From positions 262,833-326,832 of the forward strand of contig JASBTF010000001.1 of NCBI GenBank assembly GCA_030148545.1: a stretch of 64,000 nucleotides of DNA, read 5' to 3'. Made by a program: the position numbers and the translations under genes. The notes beneath the pieces were generated by a model that did not search any database, had not been told where the DNA came from, and saw only the letters and a list, made by a program, of their open reading frames with translations. The DNA is from Pseudomonadota bacterium (GTDB taxonomy: Bacteria > Pseudomonadota > Alphaproteobacteria > UBA2136 > JASBTF01). Below, one piece after another: positions 53,086-62,690 of this stretch; position 1 is the stretch's first letter, and every line of letters begins with the position of its first letter.

Positions 53086-53871
53086 TTAGTTACCAGAATG
53101 TGTATCCTCAGAAAACTCTTTATTTACTTCAGGGCTTGGTAACGCTTTTGTTTTTTTTGTATTAGGCAATGCACTAATAATTTCACTACCATTGTATAGC
53201 GCATGCATAATGCGTTCAAATTTTTGTATTGCTGGTTCTAGCTCTTCTGCGCATTCAGCAATGTTGCGGCTTACATCCCGAGTTAAGCTAAAAACTCTAT
53301 CCATTGTGGTGCGATCTCTATCAATTTCTTTAGCTAAGGCGTTGAGTTTATCTAGAATAGCTTCTTTTTTGTTAACATCTTCAACTTGCTGCCTCACAAT
53401 TTTACGGATTGTTTCAATATTCTCGCTTAGCTGTTCTTTATAATTGGTATTGAATTGGATAAGCGTTGCTGTGGGTAGAGTTCCTTGGCGTTGTTGGCGA
53501 AGTTGAAAACGGGTGCTGAAGTAATGAATTTGGTTTAGAAATTTACGGAATTCACTTGGAAAAACTTCATTACTAAAGTCACTAATATCATCAATAGGTA
53601 AGTCCAGCTCATATTCATCAATAAAGGCAATTATAGAAGAAACATAAAATCGCTCAGGGTCGTAATTACCGCGATAATGGTCGAATTCTAAGTCGGTAAA
53701 TTGACGCCGGTCTATTTCTTGTTTTTCATTAAAATATTGTTGTTGTTTAGCTTCAAAATCAACAAACGCTTGTTCGTCTGTTGTATTGAGTGCTTCTATA
53801 TTTTCTATTACGGCTAATTTCTCAGGCACTATACTTATTATTTCATAATTCTCATTAACTTGTGCAAACAT
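53086..53871 (-). CDS. Hypothetical protein, visibly AT-rich gene
   Basis: 261-aa ORF, acidic N-terminal half, helical or coiled C-terminal half; last gene of the minus-strand block. Confidence 0.55.
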   Translation of the reverse strand: MFAQVNENYEIISIVPEKLAVIENIEALNTTDEQAFVDFEAKQQQYFNEKQEIDRRQFTDLEFDHYRGNYDPERFYVSSIIAFIDEYELDLPIDDISDFSNEVFPSEFRKFLNQIHYFSTRFQLRQQRQGTLPTATLIQFNTNYKEQLSENIETIRKIVRQQVEDVNKKEAILDKLNALAKEIDRDRTTMDRVFSLTRDVSRNIAECAEELEPAIQKFERIMHALYNGSEIISALPNTKKTKALPSPEVNKEFSEDTHSGN

Positions 53872-53926
53872 ATTAAGCTTAGATTAGTGTTAATATCAAC
53901 CTAAAGGTGTGTTTTTCTGGAAAAAT

Positions 53927-54910
53927 CTACCCCAAATCATCTTCGGTTGCTAAGCGCTGAAAATAGCCGGTTACTTTAGGGCCGTGGCGTTCTAGCTGTA
54001 CCACGCCGTAAATATCGGCAACCAATTGGCGTTTTAGCGCGTTCAGAGCGCTTTCTGGCACGTCACCATTCAACATTACACGGTTTAGCACCGCATCAAT
54101 CGCTAGCTTTGGTGAGTTAGCGTGAATGGTGGCCAAGCTTCCTTCGTGTCCAGTATTAATGGCAGAACAGAAAGCAAAGGCATTTTCTTTACGGATCTCC
54201 CCCAAAATAATACGGTCTGGGCGCATACGCAGGCAGGCGTTGAGCACTTCCAAAATCATTTTACCGCTTTTATCCTCGTTCGATCCGGTGAACAGCAGTG
54301 GTGTCCAGTTTTCGTGCGGTAGCTCAAGCTCGGCAACATCTTCCATAGTAATTAGCCGTTCATGGTCAGGAATATAAGGCAAAATGGCATTCAAAAAACT
54401 GGTTTTACCGGTACTGGTACCACCGCTCACCAATAACGTTTTTTGCGTTTTAATACAGTCAATAATTAGCGCTTTGTCTTCAGCGCTCATCTCGTAATCA
54501 TCAATACTAAAGCGACGCTCATTTTTAAGGCGAATAGCCATGGTGAACTTAGTTTTGGCATTTTTACCTGCTACCACTTGCACACGGTGGCCACCGGGTA
54601 GTTTACAGGTCAAAATAGGGTGGGTGGGGGTAAACAGCTGGTTGCTCATGTTGGCCAGCATACGGGCGGCATCATCTAGCAGTTCTTCGGTCAATTCTGG
54701 CGCTTCTACAAACTCCCATGTGCCGTCCATGAGCTCAAAACCAATTTGCTGTGGTTTGTTAATAACAATTTCGCGGATACCGGGTTTTTCCAAATGCAGC
54801 AAAAGTGGGCCCAAAAAACGGGTTTCCACTTTGTTGAGCTTATACTTTTCCCCCACAGCCAACAGCTCGGGCGAAAGGCTAGAACCAGCAGTTTGCGATA
54901 ATTTGCTCAT
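53927..54910 (-). CDS. virB11: VirB11-family type IV secretion ATPase (orphan)
   Basis: Walker A SGGTSTGKTS, ITMEDVAEL, RMRPDRIILGEIR, GHEGSLATIHANS. Confidence 0.85.
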   Translation of the reverse strand: MSKLSQTAGSSLSPELLAVGEKYKLNKVETRFLGPLLLHLEKPGIREIVINKPQQIGFELMDGTWEFVEAPELTEELLDDAARMLANMSNQLFTPTHPILTCKLPGGHRVQVVAGKNAKTKFTMAIRLKNERRFSIDDYEMSAEDKALIIDCIKTQKTLLVSGGTSTGKTSFLNAILPYIPDHERLITMEDVAELELPHENWTPLLFTGSNEDKSGKMILEVLNACLRMRPDRIILGEIRKENAFAFCSAINTGHEGSLATIHANSPKLAIDAVLNRVMLNGDVPESALNALKRQLVADIYGVVQLERHGPKVTGYFQRLATEDDLG

Positions 54911-54946
54911 GTTTTTTTGTTATTTATTAATTCCTGTTCCAGTTTC

Positions 54947-55573
54947 TTATGGTGCAGGCTGTAAATCTTCTCCTAACACCTGACTCATATGATAGCACAG
55001 CCGGGCATCTACCTCTGCCATGGTGCAATTTACACCAAGTTTTTTTAGGCTGGTTACGCCTTTATTTTCAATGCCACAGGGGATAATGCGCTCAAAATGG
55101 CTCAGGTCAGGGTTAACGTTGAGCGCGAGGCCATGAAATGTCACCCACTTGCGTACCTTAACCCCCATTGCGGCAATTTTATCATCACCAATCCACACAC
55201 CAATGTCATCAGTGAGTTCGCCGTTAAGGCCAAAGTCAGCAAGGGTGGCTACAATAACGTGTTGTAGGTTTTTTACGTAGGCGCGGAGGTCTTTTTCATG
55301 TTTGTTGAGGTCAATAATAGGGTAGGCCACACGCTGCCCAGGGCCATGGTAGGTGGCTAGGCCACCGCGATCTGTCGCAATAACAGGTATATCGCCCGCT
55401 TGTAGCACATCTGTATTTTCACCACGGCGGCCAAGGGTAATGGTTGGTGCATGCTCTACCAACAGCAGTTTTTGTGAGCCACCATTTAATACATCTGCCA
55501 CACATTGTTCTTGGTATGCCACCACATCCTGGTAGCTCTGCTCAGGGCTAATATGTTCAACAATAATGGTCAT
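54947..55573 (-). CDS. lipB: Octanoyltransferase
   Basis: PTITLGRRG, DRGGLATYHGPGQ, KWVTFHGLALNV, PCGI. Confidence 0.92.
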   Translation of the reverse strand: MTIIVEHISPEQSYQDVVAYQEQCVADVLNGGSQKLLLVEHAPTITLGRRGENTDVLQAGDIPVIATDRGGLATYHGPGQRVAYPIIDLNKHEKDLRAYVKNLQHVIVATLADFGLNGELTDDIGVWIGDDKIAAMGVKVRKWVTFHGLALNVNPDLSHFERIIPCGIENKGVTSLKKLGVNCTMAEVDARLCYHMSQVLGEDLQPAP

Positions 55574-55575
55574 AA

Positions 55576-57660
55576 TTATTTGCGGGAGCTAAGCAACAGG
55601 CCAACACCAATCAGCATAGCGAGAACAACACCAAACAATGCCATAGCGCTACCTACATTGGCACTAGCCACCATCAGGAAGAATGTGAGGCCTGCAATAG
55701 GCACCACCAATAGGAACATACCATACTGCTTAACCGCATCACCACCGCCAAAGCCGCCACCTTTGCTGCCAGCGCCTTTGTATTGCTGCCAAGCTTTATG
55801 AATCATGGCTTTGTGGTTGTAGTTAGGGTCGGTTAATAGCGCGCTAGCCCCACTAAAGGCAAGGAAAATATGTTTAGGGCTACCAAAGGCGCCTTGGCCA
55901 GCGGAGCTACCAATGAGCTCTGCATGTTTTTTTGCCTGTCCAGCTGCACGTACCCAAGTAAAAAAGTAGGTTTGGAAAGGCTGTAAAAGAGGGGCATAAG
56001 TCGCCACAGATGTGGATGACCCGTTACCAATGCTAATCAGTTGGTTCATTTCCCAGCTGGGGAGCAATGCTTCTACCTGGCTCCATTTATCTGCATCAAT
56101 GAGCGCGTTTTCTGCACTGGTGAGCTCGGTGAGCATTTGGTCGGCTAGTTCAGTTAAGGGGGCCCATGATTTTACGGTCATTACAGGTAAGGCTTGGTTG
56201 TTGCGCAGTTCATCATACGGGGTGATCGATTGAGCCCACACGTGCCAGTAATACGTACGGTTAAGGCCATTGCCGCGTAAGGTTTCGGTAGGCGCTGACT
56301 CGGCATCAACACGCCGTGCATCCAAGCTGCTGTATAAGAAAATATCGGTAAAGCTGGGCAGTGCAGGTGTGGCAAAAAATTGGAGAAAGCGTACTTCAGC
56401 AAACCAGCTGCGACCATGTTGGCCATGGTAGGGTTCTAGCTCTCTACGATACAGGTTGTACATGTGCAGCGCAGTGCCCAGTGCTTGTTCTAGCTCTAGT
56501 AATTTTTCACGGTAAGGGCCGCGTGCGGTAATCAGCTCTTTCAGTTTAGGGCGGAAAAGAGCTAAATAGAGCGGTACGCCACCTTCAACACGTTGGGTGA
56601 TTTCAGTAATGGCGTTTATTTCAAAGTCTTCTAGCAGGTTTACTTTAAACAAGCTGAGTAAAATGAGGCTTTTAAAGTGGATGCCATCATGTGCCCATAA
56701 ACCTTCATCACTTTGTAATGATTCAGGGTTGATGAGGTAATAGCTACGTAGCTGCTCTAATGATTTTTGTGGGTCAAATGGTAGTTCTATCAACGCTGCC
56801 ATATAACGGTAATACAGCAATTTGTTGCCATCAAAGTTATCGGCGTACACGCAGGCACGTTTGGCTTCCTCACGGGCTTCGTGTAGGGCGCTTGTGCTAC
56901 CTTGGCGAGCACGGTAGTACTGGAGTTGGCTGAACAGAAAGGAAAGCGTACGGTTTTGTTTGTCCGATGCTTGTGCCGCTTTAAGAATGGTTGTCACATC
57001 GCTGTTTTTACCTTCAGCAAACGCGGTAATAGCTTGGGTGAGTTTTTGCAAGGTATGAGCACCAAGTGGGCCGTACATGCCAATATTATCGCTCATCCAG
57101 TTTAGTTCACGAATCCACAGCTTAATTAAAGCTTGTTCAGCACCGGTAGAACTTTGCACCAGTACATGGTCAACTGGCTCTTCATCAAAAAAGTCAGCAA
57201 GCGAGAACAGCGCACCGGTAACATAGGTACCAGCACCATTAAGTGCTGCTTTACAGGGTGATATTGCAATAGGTGCTTGTGCAGCTTCTGGCATGTTGGC
57301 AAAGGCGCCTTGTGCTACTTCTGTGGCTGTAGGTTGGCTAGGCTCTGGCAGCGTTTCAGCCTTTACGGCATTTTCTTCTTCGGCTTCGCTATCTTCTTCA
57401 GGAGCGTTTTCGGCTGACTCAGTAGGTGCTGTAGGTGTAGGCGGCGGCAAGCTTGCTACGGGGTTATAAGGGTCTGCTGTTTCAAGCAGTTGTTCCGCTA
57501 CAGCGCGGAAAAATGCGGTAATGTAAGGGTCAACGGCATAAGCTTCTAGCTTTTTATTGAGCTCAGGCCACTCAGGCATAGGTGGAAATTGCCCCGGTAC
57601 TGTTTTAGCCAGCTGGTCTTGGTAGCTTTTAAGGGTGGCGCGTAGTGCAGCGGTAGACAT
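55576..57660 (-). CDS. Large hypothetical protein with C-terminal TM hairpin (tail-anchored)
   Basis: 694 aa; Pro/Glu-rich linker near aa 70-110; C-terminus GMFLLVVPIAGLTFFLMVASANVGSAMALFGVVLAMLIGVGLLL; tightly coupled to both neighbours. Confidence 0.65.
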   Translation of the reverse strand: MSTAALRATLKSYQDQLAKTVPGQFPPMPEWPELNKKLEAYAVDPYITAFFRAVAEQLLETADPYNPVASLPPPTPTAPTESAENAPEEDSEAEEENAVKAETLPEPSQPTATEVAQGAFANMPEAAQAPIAISPCKAALNGAGTYVTGALFSLADFFDEEPVDHVLVQSSTGAEQALIKLWIRELNWMSDNIGMYGPLGAHTLQKLTQAITAFAEGKNSDVTTILKAAQASDKQNRTLSFLFSQLQYYRARQGSTSALHEAREEAKRACVYADNFDGNKLLYYRYMAALIELPFDPQKSLEQLRSYYLINPESLQSDEGLWAHDGIHFKSLILLSLFKVNLLEDFEINAITEITQRVEGGVPLYLALFRPKLKELITARGPYREKLLELEQALGTALHMYNLYRRELEPYHGQHGRSWFAEVRFLQFFATPALPSFTDIFLYSSLDARRVDAESAPTETLRGNGLNRTYYWHVWAQSITPYDELRNNQALPVMTVKSWAPLTELADQMLTELTSAENALIDADKWSQVEALLPSWEMNQLISIGNGSSTSVATYAPLLQPFQTYFFTWVRAAGQAKKHAELIGSSAGQGAFGSPKHIFLAFSGASALLTDPNYNHKAMIHKAWQQYKGAGSKGGGFGGGDAVKQYGMFLLVVPIAGLTFFLMVASANVGSAMALFGVVLAMLIGVGLLLSSRK

Positions 57661-57661
57661 G

Positions 57662-58465
57662 TTAATTCACCTGCCGCTGTAGTTCATAATCAAGAAACAC
57701 GCCTAGAGTATCAAAAGGTAGCCATGCCCCGCCAATAGGGGTGCCGTTAATAAACTGAGCTGGTGGTTTTTCTTGCCCTAGGCGACGTGCCAGCACAACA
57801 TCAGCGTCGAGCTCACGGTAGTAACGGCGGCTATTCTTTAAAATTGCTTTGCGGATGTCACGTGGCTCAAGCCCTATATCAAGTAGGGCTTGTGTGTAGC
57901 TATCGGCGTTGGGGTTTTCAATATTAATAATAATAGCGCGGTATTCCCAAAATTTTCCAAACTGTTGCGCCACTTTACCATAGTACGCGGCTAGGTTGGT
58001 ACCACTGTACGCGTCGATAGGTAGGCTAATATGCACACGGTGCAAATGTTCTGTGTAGCTTGCCATGGCGCCATCGGCATCTACCAGCAGCTGCATGCAT
58101 TGCAAGCAGCTTAGGTCGGTCATTTCTGTGTAAACCAGTTTGCCACTTCCCATTTTTTCAACAGGTGTGTGCGCATAAGCCTGAATATCCTTGCGGGTTT
58201 TTAATGCTTCCTGCGCACCAGGCGTGCGTAGCTCTGCAGGTAGTGTGGTAATAGGTGCCTTGCCAGTTTTCTTCTCGCTTTTGGTAACAACAGGGCGCCC
58301 ATTAATAAAAACACGCTTAAATGGCGGTTCATCGCTCAATGTTTTAGAAGGTACGGTGATGCCTTCAATCTCTGGTACTGCGGCTGTGGTGTCAGAAACA
58401 TTCTGCGCCATGGCGGTGCTGTAGCACGCAGTAAGAATGGCAAAAAAGGTGTATAGACGCATCAT
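57662..58465 (-). CDS. DsbA-like thioredoxin-fold protein, secreted
   Basis: Signal peptide; CLQC (CxxC) in YTEMTDLSCLQC; C-terminal FINGTP. Confidence 0.6.
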   Translation of the reverse strand: MMRLYTFFAILTACYSTAMAQNVSDTTAAVPEIEGITVPSKTLSDEPPFKRVFINGRPVVTKSEKKTGKAPITTLPAELRTPGAQEALKTRKDIQAYAHTPVEKMGSGKLVYTEMTDLSCLQCMQLLVDADGAMASYTEHLHRVHISLPIDAYSGTNLAAYYGKVAQQFGKFWEYRAIIINIENPNADSYTQALLDIGLEPRDIRKAILKNSRRYYRELDADVVLARRLGQEKPPAQFINGTPIGGAWLPFDTLGVFLDYELQRQVN

Positions 58466-58601
58466 ATCGTCGCTAGTTTAGGGTGTTGCTGCAGTATCGT
58501 CCAGCAGCAACAGTTAAAAACGATGCTTGACCCACGCCACCGTTGCGTTTACACCACCATTAGTAGCGATAGATATATCAACAAAAAAAGAGAATATACC
58601 C

Positions 58602-58946
58602 ATGCCCTTTGTTGTTACCGAAAAGTGTATCAAATGCCGTTATAGCGACTGTGTTGAAGTATGCCCGGTAGATTGTTTCTACGAGGGAGAAAACATGCTG
58701 GTGATTAACCCGGATGAGTGTATTGATTGCGGTGTGTGTGAGCCCGAGTGCCCGATTGAAGCTATTAAATCTGATGAAGAGTTGATGCCGCATGAGGAAG
58801 AATTTGCTGATATCAACGTAAAATTTAGCGCGCTATGGCCAAATATTACTAAGTCTAAAGGTCCACTGCCAGAGGCCGATGAATATGCCGAGAAAGATGG
58901 CAAGCTGGCATTGCTTTCAAAAGAGCCTGGTGCGGGCGACGAATAG
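58602..58946 (+). CDS. fdxA: 7Fe ferredoxin
   Basis: [28 protein letters not shown]...[12 protein letters not shown]. Confidence 0.9.
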   Translation: MPFVVTEKCIKCRYSDCVEVCPVDCFYEGENMLVINPDECIDCGVCEPECPIEAIKSDEELMPHEEEFADINVKFSALWPNITKSKGPLPEADEYAEKDGKLALLSKEPGAGDE

Positions 58947-58956
58947 AGGAAAATCT

Positions 58957-60213
58957 ATGAAATTCTCACAACTATTTTTACCTGTTTTAAAGGAAGACCC
59001 TGCCGAGGCGCAGGTCGTATCGCACAAGCTGTTGGTGCGTGCGGGGATGATTCGCCAAGTTACCAGTGGTGTTTATAACTGGCTACCGTTTGGCTTGCAG
59101 GTGCTGCGCAAGGTGGAAAATATTGTCCGCGAGGAAATGAACCGCGCCGGCGCCCAAGAGGTGTTGATGCCAATGGTACAACCTGCCGAGCTATGGCAGG
59201 AAACTGGCCGCTGGCAAAAGTATGGCGCTGAGCTGCTGCGCTTTACCGATCGCCACGAGCATGAAAGCTGCCTTGGCCCCACTCATGAGGAAATTGTCAC
59301 CGACTTGTTCCGCCGCAATGTGTATAGCTACAAACAGCTGCCACTAAACGTTTACCAAATTCAAACCAAATTCCGCGATGAAATTCGCCCACGTTTTGGC
59401 CTTATGCGTGGCCGCGAGTTCATGATGAAAGACGCCTACAGCTTTGATGAAAATAAAAAGTCAGCGCTAGAAAGCTACGCCACCATGCGCGATGCCTACC
59501 ACCGCATTTTTAAACGCTTGGAGCTAGATTACCGCATGGTACTGGCCGATTCAGGCTCTATTGGTGGAGATCACAGCAATGAGTTCCATGTACTTGCTGC
59601 AACTGGTGAAGACGATTTGTTGTTTGACCCTAATGGCGATTATGCCGTGAACGTAGAAAAGCACGATGCTGAAAATTGCCCTGTGGCAGAAGACCAGCTG
59701 GAAAAAGCTAAGGGTATCGAAGTTGGCCATATTTTCTACCTCGGCACCGTTTATACCGACCCAATGGAGGTGAAAATCCAAGGGCAGGAGGGTAACCTAC
59801 AGCCCGTGCACATGGGGTGCTACGGCATTGGTGTGTCGCGCATTGTGGCCGCAGCTATTGAGCAAAACCACGATGAACACGGCATTATTTGGCCAATGGC
59901 GTTGGCGCCGTATCATGTAGGTATTATCGACCTACGCCCCGATGATGAAGCCTGTAAACAAGCTGCCGAAAAAACCATTGCCGCTTTGAGTGAAAAAGGC
60001 CTGACCTATGCCCATGACGACCGTGCTGAAAAGCCCGGCGCTAAGTTTGCAACGATGGACCTTATTGGCCTGCCGTGGCAGTGCACCTTAGGCCCGCGTG
60101 AGTTGGCCGATGGCTTGGTGGAGTGGAAAAACCGCCGCACTGGCGAGCGTACAAAGCTTGCTGTGGGCGAGCTCCCTGCCGAGCTCAGCAACGCAATGGC
60201 GGTGGCAGCATAG
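58957..60213 (+). CDS. proS: Proline--tRNA ligase (short form lacking the editing insertion)
   Basis: MKFSQLFLPVLKEDPAEAQVVSHKLLVRAGMIRQ; class II motifs; GAGGA RBS. Confidence 0.95.
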   Translation: MKFSQLFLPVLKEDPAEAQVVSHKLLVRAGMIRQVTSGVYNWLPFGLQVLRKVENIVREEMNRAGAQEVLMPMVQPAELWQETGRWQKYGAELLRFTDRHEHESCLGPTHEEIVTDLFRRNVYSYKQLPLNVYQIQTKFRDEIRPRFGLMRGREFMMKDAYSFDENKKSALESYATMRDAYHRIFKRLELDYRMVLADSGSIGGDHSNEFHVLAATGEDDLLFDPNGDYAVNVEKHDAENCPVAEDQLEKAKGIEVGHIFYLGTVYTDPMEVKIQGQEGNLQPVHMGCYGIGVSRIVAAAIEQNHDEHGIIWPMALAPYHVGIIDLRPDDEACKQAAEKTIAALSEKGLTYAHDDRAEKPGAKFATMDLIGLPWQCTLGPRELADGLVEWKNRRTGERTKLAVGELPAELSNAMAVAA

Positions 60214-60294
60214 CTACAAAGGTTTACATACAGTATCCACATGCGTTATAAGGCGCGTGCAATTAATTTAAATTAAGTAAGAGAAAGCAAGTCC

Positions 60295-61602
60295 ATGCAG
60301 GTAAAAATCGAAGAGCAGAGCAAGCTTGGCCGCATTATGCACATCACCGTACCAGCGGCAGATGTGGAAGAGCGTTTCAATGCAAAGCTGACCCAAATGA
60401 CCAAAAACGTAAAAATTGATGGTTTTCGTCCGGGTAAAGCCCCACAAGATGTGATGAAGCAGCGTTTTGGCCAACAAGTACTAAACGAACTGCAAGAAGA
60501 CTTGGTGAACAATTTTGCGCCAAAAGCAATGGTTGAGCACAAGGTTAACCCAGCTGGCCAGCCAGAGCTGAAGGCAGAACAAGCGCCAGCCGAAGGTGCT
60601 GACTACACGTTCCAACTGGTTTACGATATTTTCCCAGAAATTAAACCAAGTGGCTACGACAAGCTAAAGCTGGATAAGCAAGTTGCTGAAACCAGCGATG
60701 AGATGCTGGAAGAAGGCCTTAAGCGTATTCGCGGTATGGTGCAAACTTTCAGCGCTAAAGATGGCGCTGCCGAAATGGGCGACCGCGTTGTGTTTGATGG
60801 CCATGGTTATAAAGAAGGTGAAGATGAGCCATTTGAAGGTGGCCACCTGCACGGTCACAAAGTAACTTTGGGTGAAAAGAGCCTCATCCCAGGTTTTGAA
60901 GAAGCATTGGTTGGTCTAAGTGTAGGCGAAGAGAAGAGCTTCAACGTAACCTTCCCAGATGATTACTTCCCGAAAGAAATGGCAAGCGTAAAAGCACGTT
61001 TTGAAGTGAAAGTAACCGAAGTATTGGGTGCTGATGAGCTAGATGATACCAAGTTGGCTGAGCAGCTAGGCGCTAAGGATATTGATGGCCTGAAAGAGCA
61101 AGTTACAGCTCGTATCAGCAAAGATATTGAAGAAGCAAGCCGTAACGCACTCAAGAAAGACTTGTTTGATAAATTACTCGACAAGAATGACTTTGACCTG
61201 CCAGAGCGTTTGGTAAGCAGCGAGTTTGCGGCACTATGGGGTCAGCAAGTTCAACAGCTACAACAGCAAGGCCTGCCTATTGAAGCTTTGGGTAACGTAG
61301 ATGAAGCTCGTGCTGAATACCGTCAACTCGCTGAGCGTCGCGTAAAGCTGGGTTTGCTATTGGCAGAAATCGGTATCCAAGAGAAGATCGAAGTTACTGA
61401 AGAAGAAATTCAGCAAAGTATTGATCAGCAAGTGGCACAAGCTGGTGCCCAAGGTGAGCAAGTACGTGCCTATTACAACGAGCCACGCAACCGCCAAAAC
61501 CTTGGTGGTCCACTGCTGGAAGAGAAAGTAGTAGATTGGATTCTTGAAAAAGCAACCGTGAGCGACAAAAAAGTCGACGCAAAAGAGTTGCTACAGGCAT
61601 AA
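60295..61602 (+). CDS. tig: Trigger factor
   Basis: N-terminal ribosome-binding GFRPGKAP motif, central FKBP-like region. Confidence 0.93.
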   Translation: MQVKIEEQSKLGRIMHITVPAADVEERFNAKLTQMTKNVKIDGFRPGKAPQDVMKQRFGQQVLNELQEDLVNNFAPKAMVEHKVNPAGQPELKAEQAPAEGADYTFQLVYDIFPEIKPSGYDKLKLDKQVAETSDEMLEEGLKRIRGMVQTFSAKDGAAEMGDRVVFDGHGYKEGEDEPFEGGHLHGHKVTLGEKSLIPGFEEALVGLSVGEEKSFNVTFPDDYFPKEMASVKARFEVKVTEVLGADELDDTKLAEQLGAKDIDGLKEQVTARISKDIEEASRNALKKDLFDKLLDKNDFDLPERLVSSEFAALWGQQVQQLQQQGLPIEALGNVDEARAEYRQLAERRVKLGLLLAEIGIQEKIEVTEEEIQQSIDQQVAQAGAQGEQVRAYYNEPRNRQNLGGPLLEEKVVDWILEKATVSDKKVDAKELLQA

Positions 61603-61616
61603 TTGCTAGAGACTCT

Positions 61617-61646
61617 TAAAAGCGCTGCAAATGCAGCGCTTTTTTA
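61617..61646 (+). terminator. Intrinsic terminator after tig
   Basis: agcgctgc-aaat-gcagcgct plus tttttt. Confidence 0.85.
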
Positions 61647-61718
61647 TTGACGTATTCATCATAATAGCGCTAGTTGTACAGCAACACTTTGTTTTACGTT
61701 TTTTTATGGAGACAAATC

Positions 61719-62117
61719 ATGAAGTACTTTATGGCACCAGTGTGTGCACTGTTTGCTTTTGCTATTGTTATGCTCATTATGTGCTTTGCACAGGATGTAG
61801 TCATTTATGTAATCACATTACCCGTATTGCTTGTTGCGCTCATAGTATTAACGCAGTATGGTATCATACCGCGAGAATCTAAGCTGCATGCGCTGGGGAA
61901 TTTGTTTGCGTTGGTATTGGTGATGACATCTAGTATGTGGCTTGGCATTAATATTGAAAAAACAACTGAGCCAAACTCATTTAACAGCTTGATGCTTACT
62001 ACTGTATTCAGCTTACAGCTTCTCGCCGCTTTGTTCTATTTGGTGGCATATTTTTACAGACATCCCCCCAAAAAGCGGTGGATGCCAAAATTGGGCCTAA
62101 AACTCAAATTTGCTTAA
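61719..62117 (+). CDS. Small polytopic membrane protein
   Basis: GGAG 7 nt upstream of ATG 61719 (MKYFMAPV...); 4 hydrophobic segments. Confidence 0.5.
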   Translation: MKYFMAPVCALFAFAIVMLIMCFAQDVVIYVITLPVLLVALIVLTQYGIIPRESKLHALGNLFALVLVMTSSMWLGINIEKTTEPNSFNSLMLTTVFSLQLLAALFYLVAYFYRHPPKKRWMPKLGLKLKFA

Positions 62118-62123
62118 ATAATC

Positions 62124-62157
62124 AAAAGGGCCGGTGCGTAAGCACCGGCCCTTTTTT
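62124..62157. terminator. Intrinsic terminator, copy 1 of a duplicated pair
   Basis: gggccggtgc-gtaa-gcaccggccc plus tttttt. Confidence 0.85.
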
Positions 62158-62161
62158 CGTT

Positions 62162-62190
62162 TTGACTTCCCCCCGCATGCCCCCTACAGT
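62162..62190 (+). promoter_or_regulatory. Candidate sigma-70-type promoter
   Basis: TTGACT (62162-62167), 17-nt spacer, TACAGT (62185-62190). Confidence 0.35.
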
Positions 62191-62196
62191 GCTTCT

Positions 62197-62388
62197 TATG
62201 CACAGTAAAATACTGTGCCGAGGCTTAAGAACCCCACTAAGAGTGGCCTAACACAGGTCATATAATATGTGTTGTCAACCCGTATGCTGGGGAGGCAGCG
62301 AATATAACACGGTGAAAGCTGGAATAAGCTGCGCCGTTCTCTTAGATGGTTCTTAACTCCCCGGCCACCTTTTAGGTGGCCTGTTTAT
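62197..62388 (+). ncRNA. Structured leader or small RNA candidate ending in a terminator-like hairpin just upstream of the XRE gene RBS
   Basis: gcacagt/actgtgc hairpin, long-range ttaagaacc(62226)/ggttcttaa(62349) pairing, ccact/agtgg, and ggccacc-tttta-ggtggcc plus tgttt at 62363-62388. Confidence 0.3.
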
Positions 62389-62413
62389 AACATAACAAAC
62401 GGGAGTAAAAACC

Positions 62414-62677
62414 ATGATCACACCACCAACTGCCAGTCTGGCCAAAGGTTTGCTGAACAAATATGTGGGTGAGCAGCTTAAATTGGCGCGTTTGCGTCGC
62501 GGCCTATTGGTGCCAGAAGTTGCAGAACTGCTGAATGTGCCCGAACCACAGTGGCGCGCGTACGAGTCAGGCCAAGCACGACCAACTAGCTTGCAGTTGC
62601 TCAACATCATCACCCAGCTGGATGCGATGCCAATAACCCTGCCCGACGCACCACCAAGTTGGCTTACGCTGCAATAG
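62414..62677 (+). CDS. XRE-family helix-turn-helix protein
   Basis: GEQLKLARLRRGLLVPEVAELLNVPEPQWRAYESG; GGGAG RBS. Confidence 0.7.
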   Translation: MITPPTASLAKGLLNKYVGEQLKLARLRRGLLVPEVAELLNVPEPQWRAYESGQARPTSLQLLNIITQLDAMPITLPDAPPSWLTLQ

Positions 62678-62690
62678 CCATCACATGCAC

